Source: Octopus vulgaris (lineage: Eukaryota). Taken from it: DNA of 64,000 nt. The notes beneath the pieces were generated by a model. It was given only the letters and a program-made list of their open reading frames with translations. It made no database searches and was not told where the DNA came from. The position numbers and the translations under genes were made by a program. The first letter of the stretch is position 1; each line of letters opens with the position of its first letter. The DNA is taken from assembly GCA_951406725.2 (NCBI GenBank), contig OX597820.1, positions 75,702,001-75,766,000 of the forward strand, read 5' to 3'. This document shows positions 1 to 12,560 of this stretch, piece by piece.

Positions 1-307
1 ATCTTTTTAGTACTTATTCTATCGGTCTCTTTTTGCCGAACCGCTAAGTGACGGGGACCTAAACACACCAGCATCGGTTGTCAAGCAATGCTAGGGGGAC
101 AAACACAGACACACAAACACACATACGCATATATATATACATATATACGACAGGCTTCTTTCAGTTTCCGTCTACCAAATCCACTCACAAGGCATTGGTC
201 GGCCCGGGGCTATAGTAGAAGACACTTGCCCAAGATGCCACGCAGTGGGACTGAACCCGCAACCGTGTGGTTGGTTAGCAAGCTACTTACCACACAGCCA
301 CTCCTGC
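1..307 (-). mobile_element. tRNA-derived CORE-type SINE, family A (partial, runs off window edge)
   Basis: Reverse complement of the 660-1070 copy: GCAGGAGTGGCTGTGTGGTAAG head and CTTGGGCAAGTGTCTT CORE-like segment. Confidence 0.85.
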
Positions 308-350
308 ATATATACATACTTGAATACGTGCATGCTTACATGCATATAGG

Positions 351-455
<105 letters not shown>

Positions 456-659
456 CGCACACACAGACTCACAAACATGCAAACACACATACGCCCATAA
501 AAACTCACAAACAGTAACAAATGAATATGCAGAATGCATACATACAAACGCACACATACATGCGTTTATATATAATTATATATATATATATATATACTCC
601 AGAACTTTCTACTTTCCTCTGCATTAGGTTTCGCATCTTCAGTACTTCGTATATATATA

Positions 660-1070
660 GGCGCAGGAGTGGCTGTGTGGTAAGTAGCTTGCTAACCAAC
701 CACATGGTTCCGGGTTCAGTCCCACTGCGTGGCACCTTGGGCAAGTGTCTTCTACTATAGCCTCGGGCCGACCAAAGACTTGTGAGTGGATTTGGTAGAC
801 GGAAACTGAAAGAAGCCAGTCGTATATATATATATATATATATATATGCGTGTGTGTTTGTGTGTCTGTGTTTGTCCCCCTAGCATTGCTTGACAACCGA
901 TGCTGGTGTGTTTATGTCCCAGTTACTTAGCGGTTCGGCAAAAGAGACCGATAGAATAAGTACTGGGCTTACAAAAGAATAAGTCCCGGGGTCGAGTTGC
1001 TCGATTAAAGGCGGTGCTCCAGCATGGCCGCAGTCAAATGACTGAAACAAGTAAAAGAGTAAAAGAGTAA
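660..1070 (+). mobile_element. tRNA-derived CORE-type SINE, family A (full length, internal TA/TG microsatellite)
   Basis: A-box-like TGGCTGTGTGG, B-box-like GGTTCAGTCC, CORE-like CCTTGGGCAAGT, internal (TA)n(TG)n, and an AAGAGT-repeat tail. More than 10 homologous copies in the window. Confidence 0.9.
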
Positions 1071-1442
1071 TATATATATATATATATATTTACTCTTTAT
1101 CTTATATTAAACTTTTAATACTTTTTGATAGTTTAAAAAAAAATAATAAATAAATAAATAAAAAAATATAAAAATATAAAAAAATAAAAAATAATATATA
1201 TTAATAAAAAAAATAATTAAATAAAATAATAATAAAAATATTATATATGTTTATAATTTATAAGTTTAAATTATTAATTTAAATATTTAAAAAAATTTTA
1301 ACTTTAATTTAAATATTTTAATTGGATTTTTATATTTTATATTTTATATTTTTCATATATTTTTTAATTAATTTTATTTCTATTTATTGGCTTATGATTT
1401 TCCCTGTTTGATTTGCCTAATAGTGGTTTTATCTCTAATTTA

Positions 1443-1486
<44 letters not shown>

Positions 1487-1491
<5 letters not shown>

Positions 1492-1677
1492 TTATAGAAG
1501 GAGCTTCTACAGGACTAGAACTGTTTCATTCAGGTGAAATCTTCAGGAAGCTGGCTGATTTCACCTGAATGAAACAGTTCTAGTCCTGTAGAAGCTCCTT
1601 CTATAAAATAAATTACTTTACTCTGCTATGTATTGAGTACCTTATTTACTGTGGTTAACCCCGACTCAACCCGGGAC
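1487..1677 (-). mobile_element. Non-coding hammerhead-bearing element with 55-bp inverted arms, between (TA)n tracts
   Basis: 1487-1541 is the reverse complement of 1557-1611. Flanked by TA repeats. Confidence 0.75.
1502..1552 (-). ncRNA. Type I hammerhead ribozyme
   Basis: Minus strand: AGCTTC CTGAAGA tTTCAccTGAAt GAAACAG ttctagtc CTGTA GAAGCT. Stem I AGCTTC/GAAGCT, stem III ACAG/CTGT, GUA triplet, weak stem II. Confidence 0.7.
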
Positions 1678-2230
1678 CTACATATATATATATATATGTA
1701 TGTATGTACATATATATATATATGTATTTATATCGTTTTGGGGATTTGGTTTGCAAGATTCTTTGTGTGAGTTCGTGTGTTGAAGCATATTTTGTTTTGT
1801 CTGGGGAGAGTCAGTCTCTTTTAATGCCTTATTATTTATTACACTCACCGGTAAAGTTTCCACTCAGTTACTTATATATTTTTCCTAAAATTTTCGTTGC
1901 GTCTTGCAACCTTTTCAATAGTGGTTGTCTCTCTCCGTTATCCAGATTGCGTTCTTTTTGTTTGTTTGTGCGCATGTGTGTGGGTGAGTGTGTGTGCGCA
2001 TACACATGTATGTATGCATGCATGTAAGTGTGTATATGCATGAATGTACATGTGTGTGCGTATGTATATATGTATATGCATGCGTGTACGTTTGTATGTA
2101 TGGATGTGTGTCTCCATGTGTGTCCTTGTGTGAAGTGTATGTGTGCTTGTCTGTTCCTATTACTGATGTACCTATCCGTCTGTATGTCTATCTGTTTACA
2201 TTCATATCCATTTGCCTATATACCTGTATA

Positions 2231-2290
<60 letters not shown>

Positions 2291-3648
2291 TAGATAGATA
2301 TACATATATATCTATCTACGTATCTATGTCTCCCTCAGTGTATATTCATATAGTATATATGTGTGTGTATGTATATGTGTGCGTATGTGTGTTTCTGTGT
2401 GTGAAACCACTGTGCATATTTTCTTCTTAATATCTATTATCTATTATATTTTTAACGCAACCGAAAAATACAAAGCAAATAGGAGTGGTGCAAAGACACT
2501 GCCTTTTTTTTCGTCCCATTTCAGTCAGTGAATGAATTGGACACTTTAGCACTATTTCTTAAAGAAGCCATCATCCCTTGATGGAAAGAAATGATGACAT
2601 TGAGTAAATTTTCGTGAACACATAGCTTTCTGAATATTTATATAAGATAAAATATTTACATCGTCGACCGTTTTCGCTTGAGCTAATCATCACTAGTACG
2701 AAGATTAATTTCAGTTTCGTGCTTTCATGTAAGGTTTTCATGATTGTCGGGCGAAGGACATATATTATGTATGTGTGTGTATGTGTGTGTTTGTGTGTGT
2801 GTGTGTGTGTATGTGTGTTTGTGTGTGCGTGCGTATATGCATATTTATATATATTTAATAAGAATCTGAACTCAGTTCTGTTTCCATCTAAAGCAAAATT
2901 ATTTAAATCCAAATGATATAACAACCGAAGCTAACAACAAACATAACGACATATGCTTCGTCTTGTCGTTTTATATAAATCAACACACGATATTTCACAA
3001 TCATTTCACAAACATTAGTTAAAGACATTTAGACAAATTAATTACTCACTTGATAGATCAAAGTTTACAGATAACGAATTGTATTGAAAAACAATAAAAA
3101 GAACATTGCATCGGCGCATGTCAATGTTTTATGATAGAATCTCCAATAATGCTTCATGTAATGTTAGCACATTTAATCAATATATATATCTCTTCCATTT
3201 TAAACACATTTATAATGTGGTTTAATGTATTATTTTATTCTTCTATATCAGTTCGTTTTTAAACACATTTAACGCTTTCAATTCATTTTTCTGCTGTTTA
3301 TCTCAACATGTAAGTAGTATGTAGTCGTCGGCACATTTGTAAGATGTTGTAAATCGCTTTTATTTTATGCAGAGACATATTATCAAAACAAAAGGATTTA
3401 AGGATGTTAAGAATGAAACAAAATGCTATTGAGAGATAACGAATATAATGTAATAAATATATTATAAACACGCACACGAATGCACAAACACAACATACAT
3501 TTATATACAAGCATACCCAGAATACATACATGAGTGTGTGTGTGTGCGTGCGTGTCTGTACAAACATTGCAAGTACGGATCAGCGAACAAACTGTTTTGC
3601 TGAAATAATAGATATTACTATTGGTTCTTGTTATGTGCGGGAGTGTTT

Positions 3649-3695
3649 TTCTGGCTGGTGTGACACAATGGTGTCGAAACACCGGTGTTTCAGAA
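3649..3695 (+). ncRNA. Degenerate type I hammerhead ribozyme
   Basis: TTCTGG CTGGTGT GACAC aatg GTGTC GAAAC ACCGGT GTT TCAGAA. All three stems pair; the core has two changes from CUGAUGA. Confidence 0.55.
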
Positions 3696-3914
3696 TACCT
3701 CCTTCTACAAATGAATCGAGTGTATTTTTGAAAGTATATTCGGTTAGCGTATTAACGTTCGAATCTGCCGGAACGCAGTTAGAATAAATATGCTAATCAT
3801 CGCTCATCGTAAAATGTACTCTGAGAGTCATGCAAGAAATTGGAACGATTAAGAAAAAAAAAAAACACTTAAGAATGCCACTGAATCAAAAGAAATATAC
3901 AAAAATACACACAT

Positions 3915-4045
3915 ACTCATCCTTTCATCCTTCGGGGTCGATAAATTAAGTACCAGTTACACACTGGGGTAAATGTAATCGACTTAATCCCTTTTTCCTT
4001 GTTTGTTCCCTCTACGTTTAGCCTCTTGTGGGCAATAAAGAAATA
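3915..4045 (+). mobile_element. SINE family B, 3' fragment
   Basis: CCTTTCATCCTTCGGGGTCGATAAATTAAGTACC...GTAATCGACTTAATCCC, shared with the 45233 and 63665 copies. Confidence 0.75.
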
Positions 4046-4344
4046 CGAAATATACAAACATACACACATACTTAGACACATATCTATATTTGTATGTATG
4101 CATGTGTGTGTCTGTGTTTATGAGTGCGCACGTGCGTGAGTGCATGTGTTAATCTGTGAGTATGTGTGTGTGCGTATTGATAACACCTGAAAAAGATGCA
4201 TGTTCATTCACCTTTGGTGATTGCGGTTTTATTGAATACATTTATTCTTTAGTAATTCAAGATATCTTAACGTAATTTTGGTAAATATAGCTACTAAAAT
4301 GAGATGTCGGTATTATTATCATTTTTTCATTATATGGACGACAA

Positions 4345-4592
4345 TATACTTTATTAAACAGCAGCAAAAAATATCACAAAACTGTTACTCAGAGTTTCAC
4401 GTTCCCGTTCGTGCGACACTTTCGTTTAGAATTTAAAATTCTTAACAAAACTGCCCAACGAACGGGAACGTGAAACGCTGAGCAACAGTTTTTGTGATAT
4501 TTTTGCTGCTTTTTAATAAAGCATATTAATCTGCCTCTGGTATACGTGTAATATTTTTCCCACCTTGTTTCGCATTTATGTGATTAATCTAG
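4345..4592. mobile_element. Inverted-repeat element with decayed hammerhead motif in each arm
   Basis: About 4345-4420 is inverted relative to about 4448-4528. Arms read ACTGC CCAACGA ACGggaaCGT GAAACGCTGAGCA ACAGT (+) and AGTGT CGCACGA ACGggaaCGT GAAACTCTGAGTA ACAGT (-). Confidence 0.7.
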
Positions 4593-4989
4593 TATATATA
4601 TATGGCAACAAAATAATGTATATGCTCAACTTTAATATTGCTTTCTGCTGATGCACTTTGTCGTGCAAATCCTACATTAATATACACACGCATGTTTGCA
4701 TGTGTCTTAATAAGTTCTAGTTATATTTTCTGCTTAATAATGTCTCTGCTTTGGTAAGGAGTCACATATTACGCTAATGTCTAATGATCTAAGTCTTAGC
4801 AAGAAACCATCACACACGTATACAAATGTGTGTGGGTGTGCGGGTTTGTAAGCGTTTATGAGTGTGTGAGTGCGTGTGTGTTACTTACCCTTCTCTTTTC
4901 TTTTTCCTTTAGTATAATAGATACATTTTTTCAAGCATTATTTCCAAGCGTCCTACTTCAAAATGCATCAGCAGGAAAGTGTACAAAAG

Positions 4990-5577
<588 letters not shown>

Positions 5578-6375
5578 TACTAAAATACTAATAAATATAA
5601 TAATAATTCCCAAGATACTCTTCTGTTACTAAGATTTTCTTTATTTTATTCCTTTTCATTTGGATTTTATTTTTTTTTTCCTGCCATCATTTCTCAGTGT
5701 TTTTTTTTTTTTGCGTCCAAGATAGAGATATAAAGACACTCGCCTGCTTCGCAATGTCTTCCCTCACATCTCGCCTGCTAAGTTAGCTTTAATTTCATGC
5801 TGGTTTACGAAGTCAGTCATGCATTCGCCAATGTATTTTAACGTGAATGCCAGGACAATGGAAACCTTTGATGTGTTTACAAAACTAAACCAGTTGACAG
5901 CACGAAAAGTAGAGTAGTACAATTTAGTAGGTCCATTCTATTATTATTATTATTATTATTATTATCATTATTATTATTATTATTGGTGTTGTAGTAGTAG
6001 TCGTTGTTTTTGATGGTGATACTGTTCTAGTTTTAGCTGTAATTATTGATGTTGCTCTTGTTTTTGTTTTTGTTGATGTTGTTATTGTTGTTGTTGTTGT
6101 TCATGTTGGTATCATCTTGTTGTTGCGCCTGTTCAGTGCTTTACAAGAAACACAAACGCAAGAACTGTGGCGTGTATTCACATTTGAGAGAAGAGAATAC
6201 ATTTTTTTCGTTTCTTTTTTTTACTTAGCAATGCACTGCGCAACTATATGCTGGTATCTGCGAATGAAACCACAAAGGGAAAAGTGAAAAGAGGAACACA
6301 CTCAGCTGAAAATAGCCTATCATACATATATACATGCATGTACGCATACATTTATATATACACACATACATACGC

Positions 6376-6501
<126 letters not shown>

Positions 6502-6507
6502 TATATA

Positions 6508-7013
<506 letters not shown>

Positions 7014-7029
7014 CATACATATATAGTAA

Positions 7030-7377
7030 TATAGGATGAAGTTTTTTTTACAGAAAATAATTTCATCAAAAAAGTGGCAGCATATTAAAATACCTTTAAA
7101 GTTTAAAATTATGAACAACTTATAAACAAGGGCAAAAGAAAATTATTTTGTATGCCAATATGCTGATAACAGACTTTTAAATCGTCAATTTCCACATATC
7201 ATTATACCCACAACAGAAATACCGAACTTCAAAAAAAATTCTGGTGGCTAGCTTTCCTCGATTTCAGCACAACGTATTTCTGTAGTGAGTATAATAATAT
7301 GTGGAAATTGACGATTTGAAAGTCTGTTATCAGCATATTGGCATAGATATAAATTTATTTTGCCCTTGTTTATAAGT

Positions 7378-7381
<4 letters not shown>
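7030..7381. mobile_element. Fold-back element between (TA)n tracts (about 105-bp inverted arms)
   Basis: About 7114-7222 (ACAACTTATAAACAAGGGCAAAA...CAGAAATAC) is inverted relative to about 7275-7381. Confidence 0.7.
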
Positions 7382-7433
<52 letters not shown>

Positions 7434-8081
7434 CACATATATACATACATATACACATACATATATATATACATACATATACACATATTTATGTATATAT
7501 ATATATATATGTAGTTTTTAACTAGGATGCACCGGATATTTATATGGTGTTAACCATACGACAAGTGGGGTGATTATAAATAGAGGGGGATGTCTTTAGG
7601 GGAAAACTATGGAGGGGGATGTCTTTAGGGGAAAACTCGAAGTTTATTTTTTCCATTCTTGCTGAAAAGTTAAGGACCGGAAAAACATACAGATAGTATG
7701 GGAATATATTCGGTTAAGTAATTGAGATTCAAGTGAATTCTAAAGAATTCACTTGAATATGGTCCTTAACTAGGATGCACCGGATATTTATATGGTGTTA
7801 ACCATACGACAAGTGGGGTGATTATAAATAGGAAAAAGGCAACAAGAATGGATTAAAATCTCGGTACGATCGTTTCCATAGTAAAGATGAGTATTATTGG
7901 CTACTCATTCACAGGATAAACGATTTCATTAGAAGGATTAGATGGAGAACATACCACTTCGATATCATAGGTTTAAAACCTTTCATCGGATCTCCATGAA
8001 TCGAACTTTCTTCAATACAGTTAATCTTACAACCTCTTTTGTATCTACCCCTTTTGATGTTTGGGAATTCTCTGATATTTT

Positions 8082-8167
8082 TTCGGCTGACGAGTACGAG
8101 CCATCTGTATTCACTGCATTTTTTGTAGCTTATTAAAGATGTCCTCGTACGAAACGATCGTACCGAG
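8082..8167 (+). ncRNA. Type I hammerhead ribozyme (intact core)
   Basis: TTCGG CTGACGA GTACGAG [43 nt] CTCGTAC GAAAC GATC GTA CCGAG. Stem II is 7 bp, stem III is the palindrome ACGATCGT, predicted cleavage after 8162. Confidence 0.85.
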
Positions 8168-8620
8168 ATTTTAATCCATTCTTGTTGCTTTTTTCCTATT
8201 TATAATCACCCCACTTGTCGTATGGTTAACACCATATAAATATCCGGTGCATCCTAGTTAAGGACCATATTCATGTGAATTCTTTAGAATTCACTTGAAT
8301 CTCAGTTACTTAACCGAATATATTCCCATACTATCTGTATGTTTTTCCGGTCCTTAACTTTTCAGCAAGAATGGAAAAAATAAACTTCGAGTTTTCCCCT
8401 AAAGACATCCCCCTCCATAGTAAAGATGAGTATTATTGGCTACTCATTCACAGGATAAACAATTTCATTAGAAGGATTAGATGGAGAACATACCACTTCG
8501 ATATCATAGGTTTAAAACCTTTCATCGGATCTCCATGAATCGAACTTTCTTCAATGCAGTTAATCTTACAACCTCTTTTGTATCTACCCCTTTTGATGTT
8601 TGGGAATTCTCTGATATTTT

Positions 8621-8706
8621 TTCGGCCGACGAGTACGAGCCATCTGTATTCACTGCATTTTTTGTAGCTTATTAAAGATGTCCTCGTACGAAACGATCGT
8701 ACCGAG
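8621..8706 (+). ncRNA. Type I hammerhead, second tandem copy (CCGACGA core variant)
   Basis: Same fold 539 bp downstream with U4>C. Predicted site after 8701. Confidence 0.7.
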
Positions 8707-8755
8707 ATTTTAATCCATTCTTGTTGCTTTTTTCCTATATATATATATGTATATA

Positions 8756-8829
<74 letters not shown>

Positions 8830-8831
<2 letters not shown>

Positions 8832-9030
8832 TGAAGGTTTGAAAATGCAATTGTAAAAAATGTTTATTCACTTGACCGGTTTCACTTTTTTAGAAAAAGA
8901 TTGTCAAATGTAACATGTAAAATCTTTGTTGTGTTAGGTACAGTTATCATAAAATATTACAATACCTATATAATTTCTTTGATAATAACAAAGTACATGT
9001 TAAAAACAGTTTACAAGGAGAAATCTTATA
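8830..9030 (-). mobile_element. TA-flanked non-coding element, same family as 10692-11112, hammerhead-like variant core
   Basis: Minus strand 8869-8910: TTGACAA tCTTTTtctaAAAAAGt GAAAC CG GTC. Homologous to 10730-10890. Confidence 0.55.
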
Positions 9031-10029
9031 TATATACATATATTATTTATATAATATTATATTATGTTATATTACATTATATATATATATTAACAGCGGC
9101 ACGTTGTGCCCTTCACCAGGAAGCTTTATTTCACATAGCTCCCGTCCCTTCAACTGTTAAAAATGTGTTGTTCTTGTAATTTAAATATCGGCCATGTCGC
9201 ATTCTGTGTTACACTGTATCTCCCTGCGCATATTAAGGACTAGATAGTGCAATAGCTTGGATTAAAAGGGCCCACAGTAGATTAATATTTTGCACCAAAA
9301 TCTGAAGGATCTACATGGAGTAGAGAGTAGATGACTTCCAGCAGCACCTTCTACTCCCGTAATCCTAAATCCCAGATCAGCCTGTATCATGGCAATAAAA
9401 ATCGAATAAGGGCAGCAATATTAATCTCTCTGATTTATCAAATTCCAACCTCATAAGAATGGCCATTGAAAAGGCACTGAAAATGACACTGTCCAGCATG
9501 GCTTCAAACTTTGGACTGGAGAGCATAATAGAATGATGGAGTAACAGAATACATATACGTTCCTATATTTGTACGCATACGAGCATATTAGCTGTTGTAC
9601 AGTATTACTGTGTGTAACATTGCGTCTGTCTTTTTGTGTATGCGCCTCTCCATGTGTGTATGTTTGGATGTGAGAGAGAATATGTGTATTTGGATGTGAA
9701 GAATACATTATTAGTGACAGCTGTAATTTGCGTTACAACTATTCACACATTGAAATGTTGGTTTCGTTCTTGTTTAAGTGTTAACGAGGAAATACAGTAG
9801 TCTAGATTAATGCTCTCGCCTTTTATATATGCAAAACTTACCTTTATGCTGAAAAAAACGAGGAAAAAAGAGGAAACCGATGATAAAGAAAGTAAGGAGA
9901 AAAAATTGTAATTAAGATAAGAGTTGTGTCCCTTTCTGCATAAAAACATATTCTGACGCGCTTGGCGGCCGGTGGTCGAAAATACGGCAAAGGATGACTT
10001 GTCCGAGAAAATAACATTTTCCACTGCTC

Positions 10030-10582
10030 TAGGGACCAATTCTGTAGGTGTTCACTCCACTCTAAACGCTTTGCAATTTTTGTTTTTGAAAGTGGTTTTC
10101 TGATTGCAGCCCATCCATGAAATCTGGCTTTGTGCAGCTCCCGGCGAACAGTTTTTGTAGAAACTGGGTTCTCGATGTGGTCATTAATCTCTGCAGTAAT
10201 TTTGGGAGCTGTACTTTTGTGATCCTTTCTAACAATTCGCGTATGAATCCGACGGTCCCAATCTGAAAGGCTATCATTACTTTCAAGATAGTAATTCTTG
10301 ATACACCAAATATTTCGGTTGTTTTCGTTACGCTAGCGCCTGCCATACGAGCACTAACAATTTGACTTCTTTGCAAGTCCGATAGATCTGCCATTTTAAT
10401 GAAAGTTAATTACCACTTTCTTATGATATCTGAAAAGAAAGGGAAATTGTAGTAAAACATTGTAAGCAACACTAATAATAAATAAAAACCATAAATATAA
10501 ACAAGCTTTTGATGGTTTCATAGATATTTGAAAATTATGATGCTATGATGCTAGGTGTTTCCATTATTTTGTCCAACGTCTG
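10030..10582 (-). mobile_element. Tc1-like transposon, 5' part with decayed transposase N-terminus
   Basis: Terminus TA|CAGACGTTGGACAAAATAATGGAAACACC. ORF MADLSDLQRSQIVSARMAGASVTKTTEIFGVSR resembles a Tc1 paired-like HTH. Confidence 0.75.
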
Positions 10583-10691
10583 TATATATACACACACACA
10601 CATATATACACGCACATACACACGCACATACACACGCACACACACACGCACGCACACACACACACACATATATATATATATACACACACAC

Positions 10692-11112
10692 AAAGTAAAA
10701 TTGGAAGGTACCGCACAAGTGAGAATATAAAGGGAAGAGGATTTAAAAATGCAGTGGTCTTTTAAAGATTTTTAATGACTTCACAGGTTTCACTTTTTTA
10801 AAAAAAGATTTTCAAAGGTAAAATGTAAGGCTGTGTGTAACCTTTGTGGTGTTAAGCAATAGTTAACATATATGTATCAAAATGCACTCATAAAATCTTT
10901 GAAAATGCTAAGAAAATGCTAAGAAATAGAATTCTATCATTGTCAAAGACTCTATCACTGTATTTTAATTCATCCATGTTAGTTATTTGTAAAACCGCAA
11001 ACGCTACACAGAGCCTAACATATTTCTTTTGAAAATAATTTTTTTAAAAAGTAAAACCAGTCAGGTCAATAAACATCTTTAAAAGACGGCTGCATATCCA
11101 AATCCTCTTTCC
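10692..11112. mobile_element. Fold-back element with diverged inverted ends of about 90 bp, in CA/TA microsatellite
   Basis: About 10730-10820 is inverted relative to about 11022-11112. Related to 8830-9030. Confidence 0.6.
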
Positions 11113-11126
11113 TATATATATATATA

Positions 11127-12139
11127 CTAGCAGTATCACCCGGCGTTGCTCGGGTTTGTAAGGGAAATAACTATATAAGCATTTTTAGTGAGTTATAGCA
11201 AATAAATAGCAAAAAATGCATTAAAAATGGAATAAAAAATGATGGTAATTTTTTTTTAAATCGTTGACTCATCGTAGACATTTTTAGAGAGTTACTTCCC
11301 TTATATAATAGCGAAAAATGCATTAAAATGGAATAAAAAATGATGGTAATTTTTTTTTAATCGTTGACTCATCGTAGACATTTTTAGAGAGTTACTTCCC
11401 TTATATAATAGCGAAAATGCATTAAAATGGAATAAAAAATTATGTTAAATTTTTTTTTAAATCGTAGACTCATCGTAGACGCGCGTTAATACCCAGAAGG
11501 GCTCGATATGAATCACGACTATAAGATACCCGGTTTTGGTTAAACTGCACCGAAAAATGTGGGAGTAGTTAGGAATCTAAATCGTAGGAGACAGACACAC
11601 AACTTCACTCTTATATATAAAGATTTGTGCAACAACTAAAACATTCGGTTGTGCAAATTGTTTGCACAGGAAACCTGCCCTGTGTGGTGGTAATTGCCGT
11701 TTTTGTGGATCTGTTTCAGCTTTTTTAGCGATCTCTGTTTTGGCGACTTCAAGCCATGAAGTCGTTGTTCTAAAAGAACGCTGATCTACTTGACAACGCA
11801 TTACGACGTTGATTTCCTTACACTCCCTTCCCCACAGCTTCACTAGGGAGGGAAGAAGGGGGAGAAGCAACACAGGTGCAGGTGTGAGCGTGACGCCAAC
11901 TCCGCCGCCATCGACACACGAAAAAATATGCATTAAAATAGAATAAAAAAATGATGTTAAATTATTTTTAAAATCGTAGACTCATCGTAGACGCGCGCTA
12001 ATACCCAGACGGGCTCGATATGAATCACGACTATAAGATACCCGAATTTGGTTAAACTGCACCGCAAAATGTGGGAGTAGTTAGGAATCTAAATCGAAGG
12101 GGACAGACACTCACACAACTACTGTTATATATATATAGA
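11127..12139 (-). mobile_element. Non-autonomous Helitron with internal tandem repeats
   Basis: Minus strand starts TC (12139) and ends CTAG (11127), with subterminal hairpin CCCGAGCAACGCCGGG (11139-11154) and an A|T insertion site. About 105-bp tandem units at 11213-11480 and a duplicated 5' block. Confidence 0.8.
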
Positions 12140-12149
12140 TATATATATA

Positions 12150-12560
12150 CCAAAGTGAGTTCATACATGTGAATCAATTTGGAAAAAATAGTACTCGATT
12201 ACGAGAGGTAGAGTAATATGCTTTATTATTATTAAAGCTGAAAAAATCACAAAATTATCATGATAAACTATAGGTTTTAATTTTTGATTCAAGGTTTTCT
12301 TCGATGTCACATAATACGATTTTAAATCTATCATTTATTAGAAAAATTATAAACCGTTAGTCGATAGGACCAATGGAAAAGAAAACAATTTCAAATGTGT
12401 ATCTGTCGAAGCAAATTGTATATTTTATACATACAAACTTTATTTTGTTCAATTCTCAATCTGAACTGACCGACGATCGGGAACGTGAAACTCTGAGATG
12501 CAGTATTTTGTGATATTTTTGTAATGTTTTTGCAGCTTTCAGAATAATAAAGTATAGATA
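12150..12560 (+). mobile_element. Second copy of the 4345-4592 hammerhead-bearing family
   Basis: ACTGA CCGACGA TCGGGAACGT GAAACTCTGAG at about 12465-12497. 12150-12255 is an inverted copy of the downstream tail. Confidence 0.6.

Larger units (their letters stand above)
7519..8737 (+). mobile_element. Retrozyme/PLE-pLTR-like element: 539-bp tandem unit with hammerhead plus inverted 5' copy
   Basis: Unit 7876-8414 repeats at 8415-8737 (partial). About 7606-7875 is the reverse complement of about 8151-8421. Embedded in (TA)n. Confidence 0.85.

Noticed and set aside
1090-1440. Almost pure A/T irregular stretch
   Set aside because: Low complexity between TA tracts, possibly poor-quality consensus; no definable structure.
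2663-2695. Minus-strand GTGATGA...GAAAACGGTC hammerhead-like motif
   Set aside because: Core and stems too degenerate to separate from chance.
7942-8136. Identical-length 64-aa ORFs at 7942 and 8481
   Set aside because: By-product of the tandem unit; overlaps the ribozyme and has no recognisable motif.
11213-11480. Regular repeats as a possible CRISPR-like array
   Set aside because: Head-to-tail units without unique spacers inside a Helitron; eukaryotic context.
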